Source: a virus
Length of the DNA: 64,000 nt
Strand: one strand, 5' to 3'
IMG/VR virus record: IMGVR_UViG_3300002334_000292
Shown: positions 1 to 6,478 of the stretch, in pieces
Layout of the letters: every line of letters starts with the position of its first letter
Position numbering within the stretch: the stretch's first letter is position 1
Notes under the pieces: model-generated
The model's input: only the letters and a program-made list of their open reading frames with translations
What the model was told of the DNA's origin: nothing
The model's database searches: none
Program-made: the position numbers and the translations under genes

Positions 1-29
1 GTTGCAAAAATGCGTCCGTACAAGTGAAA

Positions 30-106
30 GGTTCCGGTGTACACCATTTGACGGTTAGATGGTCCCGGTGTACACCATTTGACGGTTAAATGGTTCACCA
101 TTTGCC
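30..106. repeat. Two copies plus a partial third of a ~30-bp direct repeat, each with the 10-bp palindrome GGTGTACACC
   Basis: 30-60 and 61-91 are near-identical (ggtYccggtgtacaccatttgacggttaRat); 92-106 is a truncated copy. Confidence 0.6.
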
Positions 107-109
107 TAT

Positions 110-201
110 TGGAAGAGAGTATGGGATTTGAACCCATGAGACACACAATGGTCTATCAAGGTAGCAACCTGACGCCTTAAGCCTGACTCAGCCAACTCTC
201 C
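110..201 (-). tRNA. tRNA, type II (long variable arm); anticodon not resolved by eye
   Basis: Minus-sense 7-bp acceptor GGAGAGT/ACTCTCT, T-arm ATGGG-TTCAAAT-CCCAT, CCA encoded, variable hairpin AGAC/GTCT, 92 nt. Confidence 0.5.
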
Positions 202-205
202 ATAT

Positions 206-295
206 AAGATGATGTAGGATTTGAACCTACGGTCCCCCGCAGGGGACTCCGATCACTACTGACCGGTGCTTTAAACCAGACTCAGCCAATCATCT
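206..295 (-). tRNA. tRNA, type II (long variable arm GTCCCC-TGC-GGGGGAC); anticodon loop irregular
   Basis: Perfect acceptor AGATGAT/ATCATCT, T-arm GTAGG-TTCAAAT-CCTAC; anticodon stem CCGGTC/GATCGG with a 6-8 nt loop. Confidence 0.5.
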
Positions 296-447
296 TAATT
301 CAATTTAACTGATACGAATCCTTTTTCGTTCAGCTCGGCAACCAGTTCGCGTCCACGTATTACTGCAGCTTTTGCTTCTGGTGTTGCATCCGTAGTTTCC
401 ACTTGGCGCTCGAAAGCAAGGAATTCTAATTTTGATAATACGGTCAT
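295..447 (-). CDS. small hypothetical protein (~50 aa, MTVLSKLEFLAFERQ...)
   Basis: Open frame with GGAGG 9 nt upstream of ATG; not in the supplied track, which lists a different frame at 305-499. Confidence 0.4.
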   Translation of the reverse strand: MTVLSKLEFLAFERQVETTDATPEAKAAVIRGRELVAELNEKGFVSVKLN

Positions 448-572
448 ATTGTTGCCTCCACAATACACTAGCTCGGTTTGTGTCGCCTGTAGGCAACATT
501 ATAAATCGTCTTTAATGGAGTGTTACGTGGTGCACCATACCATTAAAGCAGAATTAGTGTCAGAAGTAACCT

Positions 573-600
573 GCCACTTCTGACACTTTGTGCCGGGTGT
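573..600 (-). terminator. Perfect 10-bp inverted repeat hairpin (TGTCAGAAGT...ACTTCTGACA), possible processing or terminator element
   Basis: Seen in sequence; the downstream U-run on the minus sense is weak. Confidence 0.25.
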
Positions 601-633
601 GGGCGCTTAGTGGGTCAAAATTGACCGGTTATA

Positions 634-720
634 ATGGAAGAGAGCTGAGGTCCCGCCCCCCATACCCGTTAAGGCACCTTTGGTTTTCAAGGCCAAGTCA
701 CACCTCGTGCGATTAACTCT
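634..720 (-). pseudogene. tRNA-like element, paralog of the tRNA at 110-201, lacking a canonical T-loop (possible pseudo-tRNA)
   Basis: Same acceptor ends GGAGAGT...CTCTCTTCCA as the 110-201 tRNA; internal arms do not fold canonically. Confidence 0.3.
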
Positions 721-727
721 CCGTATT

Positions 728-804
728 TGGAAGACCGGGTGGGATTTGAACCCACGAATGACGGATTAAAAGTCCGCTCTCTTAGACCACTTGAGTACCG
801 GTCC
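728..804 (-). tRNA. tRNA-Lys (anticodon UUU)
   Basis: Acceptor GGACCGG/CCGGTCT, D-stem CTC/GAG, anticodon stem GCGGA/TCCGT with loop CTTTTAA, T-arm GTGGG-TTCAAAT-CCCAC, CCA encoded. Confidence 0.75.
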
Positions 805-925
805 AAATGTAATAATTAGAAGTCCGTAGACGTTGGGAGCTACCCTGCCATCACATGTTAATTCATGTGCTTGTCGTATTCCATCACAGAACAGTGGACC
901 CGGATCATCGCGGAAGCATGTATTT

Positions 926-1001
926 TGGTGTCAATGGGAGTGTTTGAGACTCCGACCTTACCCGTATGAAGAGCATGCTCTACACTCTGAGCTACACTGA
1001 C
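926..1001 (-). tRNA. tRNA with CAU anticodon (Met, or Ile2 via lysidine)
   Basis: Acceptor GTCAGTG/CATTGAC, D-stem GCTC/GAGC, anticodon loop TTCATAC, CCA encoded; T-loop CTCAAAC is atypical. Confidence 0.55.
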
Positions 1002-1010
1002 ATATTCAAT

Positions 1011-1077
1011 TTGAGAGTGACGGAATCGAACCATCCTCGGTTGGCCAACCTGCTAGCCTGTACCAACAGGACTCTCA
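1011..1077 (-). pseudogene. tRNA-like element (67 nt) with canonical T-arm and acceptor but no recognisable anticodon arm
   Basis: Perfect acceptor TGAGAGT/ACTCTCA and T-arm GATGG-TTCGATT-CCGTC; internal region forms CCTGT-TGGT-ACAGG and GGTTGG/CCAACC palindromes instead of D and anticodon arms. Confidence 0.35.
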
Positions 1078-1082
1078 AAACT

Positions 1083-1162
1083 TGGTAGCGGGTGTTGGAT
1101 TTGAACCAACGATTTCCGATTTATGAGACCGGTGAGATTAGACCAGACTTCTCCAACCCGCA
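1083..1162 (-). tRNA. tRNA-Met (anticodon CAU), possibly initiator-like
   Basis: Acceptor TGCGGGT/ACCCGCT with a 1-72 mismatch, D-stem GAGA/TCTC, anticodon stem CCGGT/ATCGG with loop CTCATAA, T-arm GTTGG-TTCAAAT-CCAAC, CCA encoded. Confidence 0.65.
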
Positions 1163-1246
1163 ATAATTACTTACATGTTCATAAGTTGTAAAGAGATACT
1201 TGTCAACTTAAATATGGTCTAGTTTTAAAGGTCTAGTAACTTGATT

Positions 1247-1322
1247 TGGTTGTAAGTGCTGGACTCGAACCAGCGACCTGAGAATTATCGGTTCCCTGCT
1301 CTACCAACTGAGCTAACCTACA
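1247..1322 (-). tRNA. tRNA-Ile (anticodon GAU), with C33
   Basis: Acceptor TGTAGGT/ACTTACA, D-arm GCTC-AGTTGGTA-GAGC, anticodon loop CCGATAA, T-arm GCTGG-TTCGAGT-CCAGC, CCA encoded. Confidence 0.6.
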
Positions 1323-1449
1323 AAATTATGTGCGCACCGGTGATATTGGTTAACCACAAACTTCCCACTTGTATTAGCGTGGGTGCTATCATTTCAGCTT
1401 CGGTGCTATACCAGTCAAAGATTGAGGCCTTTAACCGGTAATTCTTAAT

Positions 1450-1525
1450 TGGCAGGAGGGGAAGGAATCGAACCCTCGACACGCGGGTTTGGAATCCGCT
1501 GCTCTACACACTGAGCTACACTCCT
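1450..1525 (-). tRNA. tRNA-Trp (anticodon CCA)
   Basis: Acceptor AGGAGTG/CCCTCCT, discriminator G, anticodon loop TTCCAAA, T-arm GAGGG-TTCGATT-CCTTC, CCA encoded. Confidence 0.7.
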
Positions 1526-1535
1526 ATATTTGTTT

Positions 1536-1605
1536 GTGGGCGGAGTGGAATTGAACCACTGTCTCCGGGGGTGTTTCGGCGATCTTCCAATTGATCTACT
1601 CGCCC
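1536..1605 (-). pseudogene. tRNA-like element (~70 nt) with D-arm and T-arm but no foldable anticodon stem
   Basis: GGGCGAG-TA-GATC-AATTGGAA-GATC, T-arm AGTGG-TTCAATT-CCACT; all 5-bp/7-nt anticodon registers fail, leaving only CCG/CGG with a 9-nt loop. Confidence 0.35.
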
Positions 1606-1609
1606 ATAT

Positions 1610-1685
1610 TGGTGGATAAGAAGGGGATCGAACCCTTAACCTCCGAATTGCAAATCCGGCGCTCTCCCATTTGAGCTACAAACCC
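1610..1685 (-). tRNA. tRNA-Ala (anticodon UGC)
   Basis: G3:U70 wobble and A73 (the Ala identity elements), anticodon stem CCGGA/TTCGG with loop TTTGCAA, T-arm AAGGG-TTCGATC-CCCTT, CCA encoded; two acceptor mismatches. Confidence 0.65.
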
Positions 1686-1696
1686 GTTGTCTTTAA

Positions 1697-1813
1697 GGTA
1701 GAATAAATTCAGGATTAGCTGATGCTGTTTCTACCGGAATTATTGCGCCAAGCTGTATAGCCGAGGCGATGAGTATCATTGAAATAAGTATCAGCCAACG
1801 TGCGTTTTTCATA
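1697..1813 (-). CDS. small hydrophobic peptide (38 aa, MKNARWLILISMILIASAIQLGAIIPVETASANPEFILP) nested in the tRNA cluster
   Basis: ORF with AGGAAA 8 nt upstream; signal-peptide or TM-like N-terminus; below the track threshold. Confidence 0.35.
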
Positions 1814-1826
1814 TTCATTTCCTTTT

Positions 1827-1901
1827 TGGTGCTAGAACCTGGATTCGAACCAAGACTTTAGTAGTTATGAGCTACTGGCTCTACCATTAAGCTACACTAG
1901 C
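1827..1901 (-). tRNA. tRNA with CAU anticodon (third CAU species; Met or Ile2)
   Basis: Acceptor GCTAGTG/TTCTAGC, D-stem GCTT/GAGC, perfect anticodon stem AGTAG/CTACT with loop CTCATAA, T-arm CTTGG-TTCGAAT-CCAGG, CCA encoded. Confidence 0.6.
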
Positions 1902-1979
1902 TAATATTCACACCCGGCAGCTTGAGCTGCTCCATTCATATCCACCGGTGATGTGCCCGGTGTGTTAACTTGGCAGCTA

Positions 1980-2054
1980 CGGCAGGAATCGAACCTGCGC
2001 TTCGCGCATTAACAGTGCGTTGACTTACCTCTTGCCTACATAGCTATATCCATA
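1980..2054 (-). tRNA. tRNA-Asn (anticodon GUU)
   Basis: Acceptor AGCTATG/CGTAGCT, discriminator G, anticodon loop CTGTTAA, T-arm GCAGG-TTCGATT-CCTGC, CCA encoded. Confidence 0.6.
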
Positions 2055-2195
2055 AATACATCCAATAATATCCAATACCCTCGTGCATCAAGCACTCTAA
2101 CGACACGTTCTCGACATCATCTTACCTTTCCTGATAAGGCAGGGGATAAGTAGGGGCCTTCCAGCAGATGCATGACCGGCTGAGAGGGGATTCAA

Positions 2196-2245
2196 ATTTT
2201 GTTTGGGAGAGTGCTAGATCGAACCAGCTACCGAAATCAGACTAC
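2196..2245 (-). pseudogene. tRNA 3'-half fragment (T-arm-like GCTGG-TTCGAT-CTAGC plus ACTCTCC acceptor-like tail) with no matching 5' half
   Basis: 3' tail resembles that of the 110-201 tRNA; no complementary 5' acceptor strand upstream; sits just downstream of the stop of the 2249-2608 gene. Confidence 0.25.
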
Positions 2246-2248
2246 AAC

Positions 2249-2608
2249 TTAAAAAGTTTGTTCGTCCGCCTTATACTTACCATTGCCCGGATTCGAACTA
2301 GGTTTAGCAGGTGCCTTCGGCGAGTAATTGGCTTCAACGTCTTGCCAATTAGTTCCTGCAGTTACAAGGCAACTCATTCCAGTTGGTATGGTTACGACTA
2401 CAGTGAACGTTCCAGCTTTCGAAGCAAATACTTCAACCATTGTGCCTTTGGGAGTCAGACCACGATGCACAGCAACTTCGTTATATTGTTTTTCGAGAGT
2501 TGATGCAATCAGATCGTGAGTACCGCAAGTTGGCGCAGCGGTTGCTGGAGTCACAGACAACATAATCATGGACAGAGCAATGGTAGCTATGATCGATAGA
2601 ATTTTCAT
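2249..2608 (-). CDS. secreted hypothetical protein (N-terminal signal peptide MKILSIIATIALSMIMLSVTPATA)
   Basis: 119-aa ORF with AAAGGA RBS and an AxA signal-peptidase site. Confidence 0.6.
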   Translation of the reverse strand: MKILSIIATIALSMIMLSVTPATAAPTCGTHDLIASTLEKQYNEVAVHRGLTPKGTMVEVFASKAGTFTVVVTIPTGMSCLVTAGTNWQDVEANYSPKAPAKPSSNPGNGKYKADEQTF

Positions 2609-2829
2609 TTTCGTGTCCTTTTGCGTCTGTGTTTAGTCCTCCGAGTCGGAAGACGTTTGATATTGATCGTCACGTTGTTGTAGCGATCAGTTATGATTTC
2701 ATGAGACGAACCGTTGTGAATTACGACGACACGTTCATTGGGTCCCATATTAATGCTGGACCTGGCGTAGGCTGCACTATAGCATCCGGTTAATAGGATA
2801 GTCAACAGAATTGTTTTAAAAATTCGCAT
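2605..2829 (-). CDS. small lipoprotein (lipobox LLTGC); start re-picked at the internal Met
   Basis: MRIFKTILLTILLTGC with GGAG 10 nt upstream; 4-nt overlap with the downstream gene. Confidence 0.5.
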   Translation of the reverse strand: MRIFKTILLTILLTGCYSAAYARSSINMGPNERVVVIHNGSSHEIITDRYNNVTINIKRLPTRRTKHRRKRTRK

Positions 2830-3186
2830 TTCTTCTCCATTTGTTGTTTCGCATAGGCAGGGAGCCAAGTTTCTCCCAGGAAGCAAGTAATGAATCTCAG
2901 CTCCGGCTTATTCCTCAGGTCATTAACTCCTAAGAGAACAATACACCCGCCATTTCTTTGAGTTGCGGGACCTTCCTATTCCTATGATGGACTCCGTGAC
3001 GTAAAATTGCCTCGCGATGGCTCCACAGATAATCGGTATCAAGCGATTATGTCGGCACCTCTGGGTGATTACCAGAAGTGTTTAGCCTTAGGGAACACCG
3101 ATTTACTAGTGGCTAATTTACCGTCCGGCGCTCTCCATTATACTAAACTTAAAGAGCAACAATCCAAACTGAATTTGTAGGGAGGT

Positions 3187-3345
3187 TCTTTCCACCTCCC
3201 GAAGTCAGCCCAAGCGCGACCAAGGGCATTTGTTCAATTGTCTATCGAGGGTTACTCTTCCACCCACAAGTCACGCCAATTAAGGTGACGAGGCTATTTG
3301 CCGGTTGCTCTCCACCGAACGTAAGTCACACGAAGTTTAGCTGCA
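3187..3345. repeat. Three ~55-bp repeat units, each a hairpin with loop TnCTCTTCC followed by AAGTCA(N2)CC, inside a 1.4-kb non-coding region
   Basis: GGGAGG-ttctttcca-CCTCCC, GGGT-tactcttcc-ACCC and CGGT-tgctctcc-ACCG, each followed by aagtca. Confidence 0.5.
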
Positions 3346-4275
3346 TCGTGTATTAGCATCGGAGGGTGTGCTTATTACCGGCTAGTTTTGTCTGCTTCGC
3401 ACGCTCTCTCGTGTAGCATACGCCCTGCCGGGCTGAGTTAGCGGCTCCGAATTCAAGCGACCGTTTCCAGAGTTGCCGCTATCTCCATCAGATATCTTCT
3501 TTTTAGAGGGACGTTTATCCTTTTCCGTCCGGCATCCGTGGGAGGATGGTCGAGCGGTCTTTGTGGTCAAGGTGCTGAGCTTTCGCTCTGCCGTTGTTTT
3601 CAGCTCTAGTTATCACACGTTAAGAGACGCGCGCCTATAAGTTTCGTTCGCTTACCGTTCCTAGACTATTGTCATGATAGGAAACCTTGATATTCTGGTC
3701 GGACAAGTAGGGGATTCTCCTACCATCGCATGCATGCCCTATCAGGGAGGGTTTGCCCGTTAACTGGCACCGAGGCGAGGTCGTAACCCTCTCTCTTGAC
3801 TTACTGAGCACCCGACTTTTGATCGTCGGTTCTGTTTCAGTCCGTAATCTGTATCTGCAGATCACTCGGTATAATTTATGAAGATTTCTGTTTCCAGGTC
3901 CTTTTCCATCTTCGAACCCATTCCATGGTAACTATGGTTGACGCTTACGCGGCAATTGCAAGTTCCATTTCAATTTTTACGTTATCATTTGCATTTAACG
4001 TGTGCGTTCTCGCCATAATCAAAGACAACTCAATATCATTCACAACCAGTCGATCCTATTTCATCCCCATCATAAACACACTCAATTTTCTCATCCTGCT
4101 GATACAGGGTAGTTACGAAAACCGGTCAGCGGGTATCAGCCAGCTTAGAGTGTGTTTGTGGTGGAGATGCTGGGTACTGCCCCCAGGTCCTAGTCTGCTA
4201 TCTACACTTAGCTTGTTACCGAAGTAACGCGCTTTGATTTATCCGTTATACGTGAAGGAAATCAGGGAGTCAACA

Positions 4276-4638
4276 CTAATTTTCAATTTTTATTGGTTTT
4301 CTCAATCCCAAAGGGATGCGTTCGAAGACATGCTGGCAGATAGTTTCACCCGTATCGTCGTCGTACCAATTGATGGTGTGCTTGGCATCGGTGATGTAAT
4401 CCGCACCGATTATTTTCCAGCCAACGTCCAGTACCAGCCGGGGCATTGTAGGCGCGCCCCGCCGCTGCTCAAGATAATCAAAACTGTGATTCAAAATTAC
4501 TACTCTCAGTTTTGTGCGAGAGAACATGGAATTCTTCATGGCAATTTGTACGTCACGAAGACACATCGGCGCGCGGATCGTCATGACCTGCTTGGACCAA
4601 TTTATGCTGATATTATCAGCCAGATTTTTTAGGGACAT
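4276..4638 (-). CDS. hypothetical protein (start taken at the internal Met MSLKNLADN)
   Basis: Track ORF 4276-4716 overlaps the upstream gene; trimmed to the first ATG after that gene's stop. Confidence 0.4.
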   Translation of the reverse strand: MSLKNLADNISINWSKQVMTIRAPMCLRDVQIAMKNSMFSRTKLRVVILNHSFDYLEQRRGAPTMPRLVLDVGWKIIGADYITDAKHTINWYDDDTGETICQHVFERIPLGLRKPIKIEN

Positions 4639-4963
4639 GTATTTTCTTCTTGGCTGGTTTGATAATATTGCTTTCCGGCTCTTCATCCGAATCATCTCTG
4701 ACAGAGATTTCTTCATTGATGACAGCAGTCATGATTGCGACTGGTGGATGTTGTCCGCCTGGTGTCTGCATGCGGAATGCGATTGCCCCACCTTCAAGGA
4801 TTGCTTTAATGTCTTCGGTTTCCGGTTTCCATAGTGATGTTGTGGTGCCACTGACATTATCGAAGAACACATGCAGATCACCATAATCTTTTGGGTCTTC
4901 CGAATTTGGAAGTACGGCACCGATAATTTTTCGGTTGGCTTGTTTAAATTCAATTGGTCTCAT
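4616..4963 (-). CDS. hypothetical protein with acidic C-terminal region
   Basis: 115-aa ORF with plausible composition. Confidence 0.5.
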   Translation of the reverse strand: MRPIEFKQANRKIIGAVLPNSEDPKDYGDLHVFFDNVSGTTTSLWKPETEDIKAILEGGAIAFRMQTPGGQHPPVAIMTAVINEEISVRDDSDEEPESNIIKPAKKKIHVPKKSG

Positions 4964-5102
4964 GAGAGATTCCCATCTTTGTCTGTAATTTTAATTCTTG
5001 GACGACATCCGTACCACCAGTATTCCCAACGAGGAATCCAAATGCACACACGCCCAAATTGCGCTTCCCAACTCGTGGCACCGCGTCTGAACCAAATCCA
5101 GA

Positions 5103-5259
5103 TCATATGCGGCTGCGCGACTGGCGCAGGATTACGGCGAACGCAATCAATATAGCACCGGTTGATATCGCAGAGAGGGTAAGACCATCTTGAACTGCAA
5201 TGTGTACCTGCGAATTCATCAGTTCGATTCCGGCTACGATTTGATTTGCAATATCCATC
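5103..5259 (-). CDS. small membrane protein (~51 aa, one TM helix), translationally coupled to the ligase gene
   Basis: TGATGG stop/start overlap with the ligase stop; hydrophobic stretch LSAISTGAILIAFAVIL. Confidence 0.4.
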
Positions 5260-6478
5260 AGTCGTCTCTCTTTCCTTTGTGGAATTTGGTGCCGCGCGGA
5301 AACCGGGGCATTCCATCTGGGGTTGGGTGGAAGTAATTGACGGTGATCTCGCCGCCGATGTAATCGTCTGCATTTTCCAGAAGGTCCTTGCAGACTGGCA
5401 TGCTACCAACAACGCCTCCTTTGAAGACAGTCAAGTTGCCTTCACCATCAAAACCTTTCAATTTTTCGTCGAAATACAGATCAGGGTCCATCGTGAAGAG
5501 CACGCGCTTCGCATGTCCAGCCCAGTTACCTTTACCTTCTTCAAATCCAACTAAGATGAACTCACCGTCGATGAATTCCTTACGCTTCATTAGTGACCAA
5601 GAGCGGGTATTTGCATATGGCATATTAGTACGAACCATCTGTCCTTCGTAACCTGCGTCGAGGTATGTGATGTACGCGGCGTCAATATCGGACTCACGGC
5701 GCATCTGCTTTGTTACAACCTGTTTGATATGTGGATGTGGTAACCCTTTTCCGAATACTGTATCCATCATAATACCAATGCTCATAACGCGAGTATAGGT
5801 ACCCACATCTGGAGCTACCGGTGTGAAGATATCATAAATGTGATACTGAACCAGCGCTTTTGATTTTGCCAGATCGTCTTCGGTTGGCTTCAATTTTTTA
5901 ACCATTGATGTGATTTGATTGAAGTCATCTTTCAGTTCGTGATTGTATAGCTCACCATCCAATACCATTTCAGATGTTTTGAACAGAGGTTTTAGAGATT
6001 CAGCAATATGCGGAACACCGACCAGTGCTTTGCCGGTGCGTGTCCAAAGGGTGACTTCGCCATCAACCATCTTTGCGATACAACGAATACCATCGAGTTT
6101 CGGTTGAGAGAATACCCCAGCTTCAAAATCCAAAGTCTTCTTCGGATTCTTCACAAAGTCAGAATACTTCTGCGCCAGCATCGGTTTGAAGATCGTCACA
6201 GTATCGAGATCGTTCTCATCCCAGACGTAACCTTTATCGAGGTTGACTTCGTACTTGGCATCAACTTCGGCAGCGGTTTGCGTGACCTCAGTCGTGGCGT
6301 TTGCTTTGCCGACATTCTTCGGCTCGCATTCAGTCCAACCGGTTGTGATTTGCTTGCCATCTGCCAGACCGGATACGGTGCGGTGGGCTTTGCCATCGGC
6401 GCGAATTTCCATGAGCCAGATGCGGGTCTTGCCCTTGGTGTCGCGCTTGTATAGGAGTTTACCTTCGTGCTGTGACAT
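5258..6478 (-). CDS. ATP-dependent DNA ligase
   Basis: KLDGIRC (motif I, KxDGxR), MVLDGELY (motif III), EGQMVR (motif IV), motifs V/VI; AAGGAAAG RBS. Confidence 0.85.
   Translation of the reverse strand: MSQHEGKLLYKRDTKGKTRIWLMEIRADGKAHRTVSGLADGKQITTGWTECEPKNVGKANATTEVTQTAAEVDAKYEVNLDKGYVWDENDLDTVTIFKPMLAQKYSDFVKNPKKTLDFEAGVFSQPKLDGIRCIAKMVDGEVTLWTRTGKALVGVPHIAESLKPLFKTSEMVLDGELYNHELKDDFNQITSMVKKLKPTEDDLAKSKALVQYHIYDIFTPVAPDVGTYTRVMSIGIMMDTVFGKGLPHPHIKQVVTKQMRRESDIDAAYITYLDAGYEGQMVRTNMPYANTRSWSLMKRKEFIDGEFILVGFEEGKGNWAGHAKRVLFTMDPDLYFDEKLKGFDGEGNLTVFKGGVVGSMPVCKDLLENADDYIGGEITVNYFHPTPDGMPRFPRGTKFHKGKRDD

Noticed and set aside
305-499. Track ORF (-) of 64 aa
   Set aside because: Arg/Cys-rich with no RBS. 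The alternative frame 295-447 has a GGAGG RBS and protein-like composition.
2286-2302. ggattcgaac motif resembling a T-loop or tmRNA 5' end
   Set aside because: It lies inside the well-supported secreted-protein CDS 2249-2608 (encodes ...NPGNGK...), and no matching acceptor or 3' tRNA-like domain is found at tmRNA distance on either strand.
3530-3570. tRNA-Ser-like D-loop string GGTCGAGCGGTC
   Set aside because: No acceptor stem or T-arm is present nearby; isolated similarity only.
3925-4227. Track ORF (+) of 100 aa
   Set aside because: Low-complexity, Ser/Leu/Ile-rich sequence with no RBS, inside the structured non-coding region; likely spurious.
4960-5412. Track ORF (-) of 150 aa overlapping the ligase 3' end
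   Set aside because: Trp/Cys/Arg-rich and out of frame with the ligase. The same region is better explained by the small TM gene 5103-5259 coupled to the ligase stop.
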